The notes beneath the pieces are model-generated. The model made no database searches. It had not been told where the DNA came from and saw only the letters and a list, made by a program, of their open reading frames with translations. Of a stretch of DNA of 24,474 nucleotides, positions 1 through 8,373 are shown piece after piece. This DNA comes from a virus (taxonomy: Duplodnaviria; Caudoviricetes). The stretch covers positions 1 through 24,474 of the IMG/VR virus record IMGVR_UViG_3300020172_001369; one strand, given 5' to 3'. The translations under genes and the position numbers were made by a program. The number at the start of each line of letters is the position of its first letter. The first letter of the stretch is position 1.

Positions 1-1110
1 GCTACAGCAGATGGCGGCGGAATAACATTAAAGGGCGCAACAGATAAAACTTTTAACTGGGTAGATGCCACAGACGCATGGACTTCATCAGAGCACCTTA
101 ACCTTGCTTCAGGAAAGTCATTATATTTAAACGGCACCCTATTAAAGGATGCTACAGAAACTCTTACAAATAAGACAATCAATGCAACATCAAATACAAT
201 TACAGTAACATCTGCAAATGTATCAGATTTTAATGAAGCCGCCCAGGATGCAATTGGAAATAATGTTGGAACTGGTCTTACATACACTGACTCAACAGGC
301 GCAATTTCTGTTGATACAACAACAATTCAAGCAAGAGTAACAGATGTTTCAGATACAGAAATTGGATATCTAAATGGAGTAACATCTGCAATTCAAACTC
401 AGCTAGACGATAAGTCCACAGCGTCTAAAACAGAAACTTTTACAAACAAAACCTTAACATCTCCTAAGATTAATGAGGATGTTGTTCTTACTGCAACTGC
501 CACTGAATTAAATTATGTAGACGGAGTAACTTCAGCAATTCAAACACAATTAGACGGCAAGGTAGACGAGTCACTATTTGACACAAAGGGAGATATTTTA
601 GTTGCTTCAGCTGATAATACCCCAGCTAAGCTTGCAGTTGGAACAAATGGATATTTGCTCACAGCAAATTCAAGCGCAACAAATGGAGTTGAGTGGGCGG
701 CAGCACCAATATCTCTTCCTTCTCAATCAGGAAATACTGGAAAATATTTAACAACAGATGGAACATCTGCTTCATGGGGAACCCTTGTAGTTCCAATTGT
801 AACTGGAACAGATACAGTAACTGGAAATACTGCAGAAACTGTAGACACTACAGCATTATCAGCATTTACAAGTATTGAATATATGGTTTCACTAAAGCAG
901 GGATCAAAGATTAGAACATCCAAGGTAATCCTTCAAACCGATGGAACATCTGTAGATATGACAGAGTTTGCTATTACAGAAACTGGAGGAACAATAGCAG
1001 GTATTGTAGTATCGGCAGCGGTGGCTTCAACAAATGCCGTCTTGCAAGTAACAGCAACAGACGCTTCAACCACAAACGTAACGGTAAAGTTTAGCAAAGT
1101 CGCACTTTAA
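1..1110 (+). CDS. Virion fibre protein, 5'-truncated by the window, with a C-terminal T4 gp9-like beta domain
   Basis: Frame +1 is open from base 1 (ATADGGGITLKGATDKTFNWVDATDAW...) to TAA at 1110, so the track's 655 start is internal. It has an internal repeat EIGYLNGVTSAIQTQLDDK / ELNYVDGVTSAIQTQLDGK and a shaft motif LPSQSGNTGKYLTTDGTSASW. The C-terminal KIRTSKVILQTDG..MTEFAI resembles the gp9 C-domain as I recall it. Confidence 0.75.
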   Translation, partial: ATADGGGITLKGATDKTFNWVDATDAWTSSEHLNLASGKSLYLNGTLLKDATETLTNKTINATSNTITVTSANVSDFNEAAQDAIGNNVGTGLTYTDSTGAISVDTTTIQARVTDVSDTEIGYLNGVTSAIQTQLDDKSTASKTETFTNKTLTSPKINEDVVLTATATELNYVDGVTSAIQTQLDGKVDESLFDTKGDILVASADNTPAKLAVGTNGYLLTANSSATNGVEWAAAPISLPSQSGNTGKYLTTDGTSASWGTLVVPIVTGTDTVTGNTAETVDTTALSAFTSIEYMVSLKQGSKIRTSKVILQTDGTSVDMTEFAITETGGTIAGIVVSAAVASTNAVLQVTATDASTTNVTVKFSKVAL

Positions 1111-1120
1111 GGGGTAACAA

Positions 1121-2125
1121 ATGTCAGACAAAAGCTTTAAGGTAAAAGACGGGCTAATTGTTCCGTCTTTATCTACTGCTGGAATTGTTAAAACTAGTTC
1201 CTCTGGCGTAATTACATCTTCTGCAACATTATCAATTTCAGAGGGCGGAACTGGGCAAACAACTGCAGGAAATGCTTTAAATGCATTGCTACCTCTTCAA
1301 ACAAATAATACAAACTATTTCTTACAAACAAATGGAGTTAGTCCACAATGGACATTAATGCCTCCTACTTCATATCAAACATCTGAGCCAACTAGTCCAG
1401 TATTGGGACAATTATGGATTGATTCAGATTCTTCTGCCACATCATTTGATCCCTCTATTATCCGCAGACAAGCATTTACAGCAACTGGAGGCCAAACAGT
1501 ATTTACTGTAACAAATTCATTTACTAATGGATTTGAAAGCGTATATCTAAACGGTATTTTGCTTGCCAGAACATCTGATTATACAACTTCAAATTCAAAT
1601 ACAATTACATTAGTTTCTGGGGCGGCGGTAAACGATATCCTTGAAGTAATAGGAATTACTCTTATATCTCCTACAAATACATACACACAGGCTGAAATTG
1701 ATTCTATTGTTACAACACAAGTTAATGGCCTTATTGATTCTGCCCCTTCTGCATTAAATACATTAAATGAATTAGCAGCAGCTTTGGGCGATGATGAAAA
1801 TTTTGCTACAACTGTTACAAATTCATTATCTGGTAAGAAAAATGAGTCTTCATCATCAATATCATCAAATACAAATTTAGTGGCTGGAACTAGATATTTT
1901 GTAACATCTGCATCATCATTAACATTAACACTTCCTGCATCAGCATCAGTAAATCATCAAATTGATATATTTGATGCATCAGGAAATGCGGGAACGTATA
2001 ATATAGTTGTAGCAAGAAATTCACATAAAATTAACGGTAATGAGGGTAATCTAATTATTGATGAAAATGGTAGATGGACTATGCTTGTATATACTGGTTC
2101 TACATACGGATGGGCGGTAAAATAA
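1121..2125 (+). CDS. Multi-domain fibre/adaptor ('hub') protein
   Basis: AAGGGG SD. Modules in order: N-terminal MSDKSFKVKDGL, GGTG shaft motif, EPTSPVLGQLWIDSD, an ATGGQTVF..VYLNG..DY domain, the tail-fibre coiled-coil motif APSALNTLNELAAALGDDENFATT, and a C-terminal TLTLPAS..KING..YTGSTYGW domain. Confidence 0.75.
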   Translation: MSDKSFKVKDGLIVPSLSTAGIVKTSSSGVITSSATLSISEGGTGQTTAGNALNALLPLQTNNTNYFLQTNGVSPQWTLMPPTSYQTSEPTSPVLGQLWIDSDSSATSFDPSIIRRQAFTATGGQTVFTVTNSFTNGFESVYLNGILLARTSDYTTSNSNTITLVSGAAVNDILEVIGITLISPTNTYTQAEIDSIVTTQVNGLIDSAPSALNTLNELAAALGDDENFATTVTNSLSGKKNESSSSISSNTNLVAGTRYFVTSASSLTLTLPASASVNHQIDIFDASGNAGTYNIVVARNSHKINGNEGNLIIDENGRWTMLVYTGSTYGWAVK

Positions 2126-3669
2126 TGGCAGATATTAAAACATCAAGTTTAGATGGAATACTAAAAGGGAATAATTCTTCTAGGCCAGCATCTGGTGCAA
2201 ATGGTGATTTATACGTAAATACAGAAACAGGTTTTCTAGAAGTTTATACTTCTTCTGGATGGTCAAAAATTGGAGCACAGCCTTCAGTTGTTTCTGGAGT
2301 TACTGCAACAAATTCTGGATCGGGTAGAGCATACAATAATGGATCAGCATCAGTTGCATTTACAGAGGGTTCTGTAGGCGGAACATATACTGTTACTTCT
2401 TCACCAGGATCATTTACTGCAACTGGAACAAGTTCTCCGATTACTATAACTGGATTACAGTCAAGCACTGGATATACATATACTATAGTTGCATCAAATA
2501 ATTATGGAACTTCATCTGCAAGTTCTGCCTCATCTTCTGTAACAGCAACAACAGTTCCTCAAGCACCAACAATATCTTCCGTAACAGGTGGCAACGCACA
2601 AGCTACAGTTACAGTTACCGCAAATGCTACAGGAGGATCTACAATTACTGGATATACCGTAACATCTTCTCCAGGAAATATTACAGCATCTGGTAGCTCA
2701 CCACTTACTGTAACTGGATTAACAAATGGAACAGCTTATACATTTACAGCAGTTGCAACAAATGCAAATGGAAATTCATCTGCAAGCTCCGTATCAAGCA
2801 GTGTTACTCCAGTAAGTGCTCCAACAGTTACTGGAGGAACTTTATCTTCTGACGCAACATATTACTATAGAACATTTACATCAAACGGAACACTAGCAGT
2901 TTCAAATGTTACTTTATCAGCAGACGTTTTAGTTATTGCAGGTGGAGGAGCAGGCGGTAAATCTGATGCTGGAGGAGGCGGTGGCGGAGCTGGTGGAATA
3001 ATTTATGATGACGCAAGATCTTTATCAGTTGGTAGTTATACAGTTACAGTAGGTGCTGGTGCATCAACAACAACAAGTTCTGTAAATGGATCTAACGGAT
3101 CAGACTCATATTTTGATGTATTAAGAGCATTTGGCGGTGGTGGAGGAGCTGGAAGAGGAACAAGCGGAAACTCTGGAGGTTCTGGTGGCGGTGGTGGAGC
3201 AGAAGGAAATCAATCTGGAGGATCAGTTACTCAAACTTCTAATAACTCTGGTGTAGGATACGGATTTTCTGGTGGATCTGGTCAATCTTCAAACTATTTA
3301 AATGGTGGTGGAGGTGGAGCTGGTGCAGCTGGAAATGCAACTGGTCAAATGATGGGCGGAGACGGAAAAGATACTTGGTCTTCATGGGGAGCCGCAACTT
3401 CAACTGGACAAAATGTTGGAGGAGCTAGATATTATGCAGGTGGCGGTGGAGCGGGTTCTTATAACGGATATTCTCCAGTAGGAACTGGTGGCTATGGAGG
3501 TGGAGGCGCAGCTGGACCAGCAGGTGCTGGAACAGGAACTGCTGGAACAGCTAATACTGGAGGCGGTGGAGGAGGATGTTCTTCTAATCCAAGCAATCCA
3601 GGAAACGGTGGCGGAGGCGGATCAGGCATTGTTATTGTTAGATATACAAGGGCCTCTGTAGGAGGATAA
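2125..3669 (+). CDS. Glycine-rich adhesin-like virion protein 1 (2x FN3 + Gly-rich domain)
   Basis: Start placed at ATG 2125 (TAATG overlap with the upstream stop; MADIKTSSL). Two FN3-like repeats (SPITITGL...YTYTIVASN; SPLTVTGLTNGTAYTFTAVATN) precede a GGGGAGG-rich domain ending GGSGIVIVRY. Confidence 0.8.
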   Translation: MADIKTSSLDGILKGNNSSRPASGANGDLYVNTETGFLEVYTSSGWSKIGAQPSVVSGVTATNSGSGRAYNNGSASVAFTEGSVGGTYTVTSSPGSFTATGTSSPITITGLQSSTGYTYTIVASNNYGTSSASSASSSVTATTVPQAPTISSVTGGNAQATVTVTANATGGSTITGYTVTSSPGNITASGSSPLTVTGLTNGTAYTFTAVATNANGNSSASSVSSSVTPVSAPTVTGGTLSSDATYYYRTFTSNGTLAVSNVTLSADVLVIAGGGAGGKSDAGGGGGGAGGIIYDDARSLSVGSYTVTVGAGASTTTSSVNGSNGSDSYFDVLRAFGGGGGAGRGTSGNSGGSGGGGGAEGNQSGGSVTQTSNNSGVGYGFSGGSGQSSNYLNGGGGGAGAAGNATGQMMGGDGKDTWSSWGAATSTGQNVGGARYYAGGGGAGSYNGYSPVGTGGYGGGGAAGPAGAGTGTAGTANTGGGGGGCSSNPSNPGNGGGGGSGIVIVRYTRASVGG

Positions 3670-3670
3670 T

Positions 3671-4102
3671 ATGGCTAAAACTATTAAAGTATATGATGGA
3701 ACAGGATGGCAAGACTTAGCTCTTGCTACCCCCGTTGGTGCTACAGGCCCTACAGGGCCTACTGGACCTTTAGGAGCCACAGGTGCAACTGGCGCATCAG
3801 GTGTGGCTGGAACCCCAGCTATAACCAATAGTTCAATTAATTCAAATACTACATTAGTGGCGGGAACAAGATACTTTGTAAATACAACATCTGCAAGAAC
3901 ATTAACAATGCCTTCATCTGCTACAGTTGGAGATGAAATTCAAATTATTGATTCAACAAATACGGCGGCAACAAATAATATTACAGTTTCATCAAATAGC
4001 TTAAAGATAAATGGAGAAGTCCAAAATGCTATAATTGATGTAAATAGCGGAGCAGCATTATTTTTATATACAGGTTCAATATATGGTTGGAGGATGTCTT
4101 AA
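3671..4102 (+). CDS. Short adaptor: KVYDG peptide + short collagen stretch + TLTLP/KING/YGW domain
   Basis: The GGAGGA SD is supplied by the last codons of the upstream gene. About 9 G-X-Y triplets. The C-terminal domain is paralogous to those of 1121-2125 and 9674-10180. Confidence 0.75.
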   Translation: MAKTIKVYDGTGWQDLALATPVGATGPTGPTGPLGATGATGASGVAGTPAITNSSINSNTTLVAGTRYFVNTTSARTLTMPSSATVGDEIQIIDSTNTAATNNITVSSNSLKINGEVQNAIIDVNSGAALFLYTGSIYGWRMS

Positions 4103-5695
4103 ATGGTAATAAAACTATCAAGTATGGGTGGAGTCCCTTTTGGAGATACAGCAAATAGACCATCAAATCCAGATATTGGTCAAACATATCATAATGGAGA
4201 AATTGGCGTAACTGAAATTTATACAGCAAATGGTTGGATTTCAAATAGTGCTCCTCCTGCCGCACCTTCAATTGGAACAGCTACAGATGTTGGAACATCT
4301 AGAGCTTATAACAATGGCGCAGCAACTATTACATTTACAGCTGGAACAGCTGGAGGAGTTGCTTCTTCTTATAAGGTTACATCATCTCCAGGAGCAATTC
4401 AAGCAACAGGCTCATCTTCACCAATTACAGTTTCTGGATTAAGTTCTGCAACCTTATATACATTTTCAGTTTCTGCAGAAAACAACTATAGCTCAACAGC
4501 TTCAGCAATTGCATCAAATTCAATTACAGCCACAACAGTTCCAAATGCACCAATAATTGGAACAGCAACGGCAACTGGAGTTTCTGGAACAGCAACACTT
4601 ACATTTACTGCATCAGAATCTGGTGGATCATCAATAACAAACTATTCTTACTCAACAGATGGGAATACTTATACTCCTTTTTCTCCAGCACAAACTTCAA
4701 GCCCTTTAACAGTTACGGGCTTGACCAATGGAACATCTCAAACGCTTAGATTAAAAGCAATAAATGCAAATGGGAGTTCTGCTGCAAGTTCTGCAAGTAA
4801 TTCATTTACACCAATTGCTCCAAAGGCAACAGGTGGAACTATTACAGTTTCAGGCAATACTTTTTATCACACATTTACATCAAGCGGAACATTTACTCCA
4901 AGTGCTAGCTTTACAGTCTCTGCATTAGCAGTTGGCGCAGGAGGCGGAGGAGGAAATGGCGGTGGCGGAGGAGCTGGTGGAGGTTTTGTAAGATTAATTA
5001 CAGGACAATCAGTAACTTCTGGAACAGGATATTCAATTACAATGGGAGCAGGTGGAACTGGAGGCACAACTAATACTCCAAACGGTAGCAATGCAACAAT
5101 TGGAACATCGACAACATTATTTGGACAAACATGCGTTGGTGGTGGACCAGGTGCTGGATACCAATCTAACGCACCAACAACTGGAACATTTGCAAACGGA
5201 GGAGGTGGAGGAAATGGTCAGTCAGGTGGAAACGGAAATGGGTCAACAGGTAATGCTGGTAGCGTAACAATTGGTGGCTTAACTGTAAATGGATTCGCTG
5301 GCGCAGGTGGAGGCTCATCACCTATTGGAAATATGGCTGGTTCTGGTGGAGCGGGTGCTAGACAGGCAGGAGGATTCCCATCTGGAAACTATGGAGACTC
5401 TCCAAGCAACGGACAACCTTGGATACCAGGAGTTGGAGGAAATGGTTTTCAATGGACATCAGGGCTAGGTGGAAATAATAATTATTACGCAGGTGGAGGT
5501 TCTGGAGGATGGAACTCTAATAGTCACGGCGCAGCTGGTGGACTAGGCGGAGGCGGAACATCTGGAGGATTAAATACTGCATCAACAGCCAACATTGCAG
5601 GAACTTCAAATACTGGAGGCGGTGGGTCAGGAGCTTCAGCAACTGGCGGTAATGGAGGATCTGGAATAGTTATTATTACCTATTCAGGATTATAA
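4103..5695 (+). CDS. Glycine-rich adhesin-like virion protein 2 (2x FN3 + Gly-rich domain)
   Basis: ATG directly follows the upstream TAA. Same architecture as 2125-3669: RPSNPDIGQTY..EIYTANGW, RAYNNG FN3, second FN3, YHTFTSSG, ending GGSGIVIITY. Confidence 0.8.
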   Translation: MVIKLSSMGGVPFGDTANRPSNPDIGQTYHNGEIGVTEIYTANGWISNSAPPAAPSIGTATDVGTSRAYNNGAATITFTAGTAGGVASSYKVTSSPGAIQATGSSSPITVSGLSSATLYTFSVSAENNYSSTASAIASNSITATTVPNAPIIGTATATGVSGTATLTFTASESGGSSITNYSYSTDGNTYTPFSPAQTSSPLTVTGLTNGTSQTLRLKAINANGSSAASSASNSFTPIAPKATGGTITVSGNTFYHTFTSSGTFTPSASFTVSALAVGAGGGGGNGGGGGAGGGFVRLITGQSVTSGTGYSITMGAGGTGGTTNTPNGSNATIGTSTTLFGQTCVGGGPGAGYQSNAPTTGTFANGGGGGNGQSGGNGNGSTGNAGSVTIGGLTVNGFAGAGGGSSPIGNMAGSGGAGARQAGGFPSGNYGDSPSNGQPWIPGVGGNGFQWTSGLGGNNNYYAGGGSGGWNSNSHGAAGGLGGGGTSGGLNTASTANIAGTSNTGGGGSGASATGGNGGSGIVIITYSGL

Positions 5696-5722
5696 GCACA
5701 TATAGATTTAATCATTGAATAA

Positions 5723-5731
5723 TGATAAAAT
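5723..5731 (+). promoter_or_regulatory. Extended -10 promoter (TGaTAAAAT)
   Basis: Lies in the 64-bp AT-rich gap. TAGATT sits 17 bp upstream (5703-5708) and a strong SD AAGGAGG follows at 5746-5752. Confidence 0.55.
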
Positions 5732-5759
5732 AAGAAAAACATAACAAGGAGGAAATAAC

Positions 5760-6164
5760 ATGGCACATTGGGCCGAATTAGATGAAAATAATGTAGTAAC
5801 CCGTGTTCTTGTTGGGGATAATAATGATCCAGCAGGAGATGAAGGCTACCAGTGGTTAATTGACAACCTTGGCGGAACTTGGGTAAAGACTTCATATAAT
5901 GCAGTAGCAGGAAAGCGTAGAGATCCTGAAACTGGAGAAATGACAGAAGAGGCAGGGCTTAGAAAGAATTATGCAGGTATTGGATACACATATGATTCAG
6001 TAAGAGATGCATTTATTCCACCTACTCCTTATGCATCATGGACTGTAAATGAAACAACATGCACCTGGGAAGCACCAACTCCAATGCCTACAGAAGAAGG
6101 AAAATTCTTTACATGGAATGAGGAGACAACATCATGGGAATCTCATGATGTTCCTACAGAATAA
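5760..6164 (+). CDS. Trp-rich acidic 'MAHWAELDENN' protein, putative fibre-assembly/tip partner
   Basis: Strong SD. Motifs AGIGYTYD..DAFIPP.PY.SW..CTWEAP.PMP..WNE. Paralogous to 12484-12822 and, more distantly, 9282-9635. Function is inferred from position after Gly-rich genes. Confidence 0.65.
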   Translation: MAHWAELDENNVVTRVLVGDNNDPAGDEGYQWLIDNLGGTWVKTSYNAVAGKRRDPETGEMTEEAGLRKNYAGIGYTYDSVRDAFIPPTPYASWTVNETTCTWEAPTPMPTEEGKFFTWNEETTSWESHDVPTE

Positions 6165-6168
6165 ATAA

Positions 6169-7320
6169 ATGACAAGAGCTAGAGATATTGCAGCACTTTT
6201 AACAACCGCCAGCGATTTGGCAACGGATGCTGAAACAGCTGCTGCAATCTCTACTCACAATTCTGCTACAACTTCAGTTCATGGTATTTCAAATACTGCA
6301 AGTTTAGCAACATCAACAAGTGTTTCATCTGCAATTACAACACATGCAACTGCAGCAAATGGACATGTTGGACGTGGTAATACTGCAAGTAGACCAGCAT
6401 CTCCAACAGTTGGAGATATGTATTTTGATACAACATTAGACGGATTAATTCAATATACAATAAATGAAGGATGGAAATTAATAGGTTCTGTTGGAATTCC
6501 ATTAATATCTGTAGATTATCTTGTTGTTGCAGGTGGCGGTAGTGGTGGACTTGAAAGTTCAAATGTTGGTGCTGGAGGCGGCGGTGCAGGCGGCTATCGC
6601 ACATCTGCTGGAACTTCAGGTGCAAACTCATCTGCAGAATCTGCTCTTATTTTATACAAAGGCACTGCATACACAGTAGCTATTGGCGCAGGTGGCAGTA
6701 ACGCAAGTGGAACAAATTCATCTTTTTCTACTATTACATCAATTGGTGGTGGTCGTGGTGGTGACTATGCAGGAACACAAACTGGATTTAGTGGAGGTTC
6801 GGGTGGCGGTGCTTGCTATAACCAAACAGGTTCTGCAGGAACTGCTAACCAGGGTTTTAAGGGTGGTGATTACGCTGGAGGAACCGAAGCAGGTGCAGGT
6901 GGTGGTGGAGCAAGTGCTGCGGGAGGCAATGGTCTTGGTGGTAATAATGGTTCTGCTGGCGGTAATGGCTTGGCATCATCTATCACTGGTTCATCTGTAA
7001 CAAGAGCAGGTGGCGGCGGAGGAGGTGGAGGCTATCAATCAGGAGGTCTTGGCGGTGCTGGTGGCTCTGGTGGAGGAGGCGCTGGTGGCAATACAGATAA
7101 CAATGGTATTGCAGCAACAGCAAATACTGGTAGCGGTGGCGGTGGCGCAGGTGGAGAAAGCTCGTCCGTAACTCAAAGAACGCCAGGCAATGGTGGATCA
7201 GGCATTGTCATATTACGCACAAATGTTCAAGCAACTGCTACTACAGGATCTCCAACTTACACAACTTCAGGCGGAAATCATATTTATCAATTTACATCTT
7301 CAGGGAGCATAACTTACTAA
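6169..7320 (+). CDS. Glycine-rich adhesin-like virion protein 3 (MTRARDIA N-terminus, no FN3)
   Basis: RPASPTVGDMYFDT motif, then a Gly-rich domain VDYLVVAGGGSGG...GGSGIVILR and a C-terminal IYQFTSSGSITY. Confidence 0.8.
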   Translation: MTRARDIAALLTTASDLATDAETAAAISTHNSATTSVHGISNTASLATSTSVSSAITTHATAANGHVGRGNTASRPASPTVGDMYFDTTLDGLIQYTINEGWKLIGSVGIPLISVDYLVVAGGGSGGLESSNVGAGGGGAGGYRTSAGTSGANSSAESALILYKGTAYTVAIGAGGSNASGTNSSFSTITSIGGGRGGDYAGTQTGFSGGSGGGACYNQTGSAGTANQGFKGGDYAGGTEAGAGGGGASAAGGNGLGGNNGSAGGNGLASSITGSSVTRAGGGGGGGGYQSGGLGGAGGSGGGGAGGNTDNNGIAATANTGSGGGGAGGESSSVTQRTPGNGGSGIVILRTNVQATATTGSPTYTTSGGNHIYQFTSSGSITY

Positions 7321-7736
7321 TGGCAAATAAAGATTTTAAAGTCAAAAATAATCTAGTAGTTGGAGACTTAACAACTGCTGGACCAATTGTTAGACATACA
7401 GATGGAACACTTACTTCTCATACCTCCCTCCCAATTGACAAAGGCGGAACAGGGCAAACTTCTGCTACTAATGCATTAAATGCTTTATTGCCAGTTCAAA
7501 CATCAGCATCAACAAAGTTTTTGTATTCAGATGGAACTTCAACTTCCTGGGAAACACCAAATTATTCAGAAGTAGCAGTTGATGGAGCACCATTATCAAC
7601 CAGAAAAACCCTTAATTTTATAGGGGCAACCATATCTGATGACTCCCCTAATAATAGGACTAATGTTACAATTGGAGGAAGTCAATATTCACAAGTATTG
7701 CTAGCTCAAGATATTACGGGAATGACGATTCTTTAA
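7320..7736 (+). CDS. Short fibre/adaptor with KDFKVK N-terminus
   Basis: TAATG overlap. MANKDFKVKNNL and GGTGQTSATNALNALLP match 1121-2125. C-terminal LNFIGA..NVTI motif. Confidence 0.7.
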   Translation: MANKDFKVKNNLVVGDLTTAGPIVRHTDGTLTSHTSLPIDKGGTGQTSATNALNALLPVQTSASTKFLYSDGTSTSWETPNYSEVAVDGAPLSTRKTLNFIGATISDDSPNNRTNVTIGGSQYSQVLLAQDITGMTIL

Positions 7737-7746
7737 GGAGTAAAAA

Positions 7747-8040
7747 ATGCCAGATTATGCAAGTTTATCAACACAAATTGAAGGTGCTAAAACAGAGTTA
7801 ACAGCATTGTTTTCAAGCGGTCAACTGACAGCACAAGATATGGTATTTGTTGCTTCCGCACTTGATAAGCTAGGAAGCATGCTTGGCGTTAATGATATTG
7901 TGGCGGCAACATCAGCTGGCGTTACAACTTTAACAAATACACAAAATACAGGCGTTACAACGCTTAATAACACAAGAGATTCAGCGATTGCTACAATTAA
8001 TAGCACATACTTACACCCGCTGTTTTTGATAGGAGTATAA
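7747..8040 (+). CDS. Small helical virion/linker protein
   Basis: AAGGAG SD, amphipathic helical pattern, a short GVTTL repeat and a hydrophobic C-terminus YLHPLFLIGV. Confidence 0.6.
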   Translation: MPDYASLSTQIEGAKTELTALFSSGQLTAQDMVFVASALDKLGSMLGVNDIVAATSAGVTTLTNTQNTGVTTLNNTRDSAIATINSTYLHPLFLIGV

Positions 8041-8043
8041 CAA

Positions 8044-8373
8044 ATGGCAACAACTTATAAGGTATTAGGACAATTAAATCCGTCAGCAACAACAGCTTCG
8101 ACTTTGTATACATGTCCATCAAGCACTGAAGCAATCTGGTCAACACTTAATGTTGCAAACTTATCTTCATCTGCAGCAACTTTTCGCATTGCAGTTAGAC
8201 CAGACGGTGCCACATTAGAAAATAAGCACTATCTTGCATATGATGTATCAATTGGAGCAAACAACTCAACAGCACTAACATTAGGTGGAACATTAAATGC
8301 TGCCGATGTAGTTACTGTTTATGCATCTAATGCTAATTTATCATTTAACTTGTTTGGATCGGAGATTGCATAA
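8044..8373 (+). CDS. Small beta-rich virion protein (MATTYKVLGQ family)
   Basis: AGGAG SD within the upstream gene end. Beta-sandwich-like pattern (TLYTCP, LNVAN, FRIAV, YLAYDVSI). TAATG-coupled to the next gene. Confidence 0.65.
   Translation: MATTYKVLGQLNPSATTASTLYTCPSSTEAIWSTLNVANLSSSAATFRIAVRPDGATLENKHYLAYDVSIGANNSTALTLGGTLNAADVVTVYASNANLSFNLFGSEIA

Noticed and set aside
2074-2124. Track start for adhesin 1
   Set aside because: Overlaps the conserved YGW end of the upstream gene. ATG 2125 gives TAATG coupling and matches the paralog N-termini.
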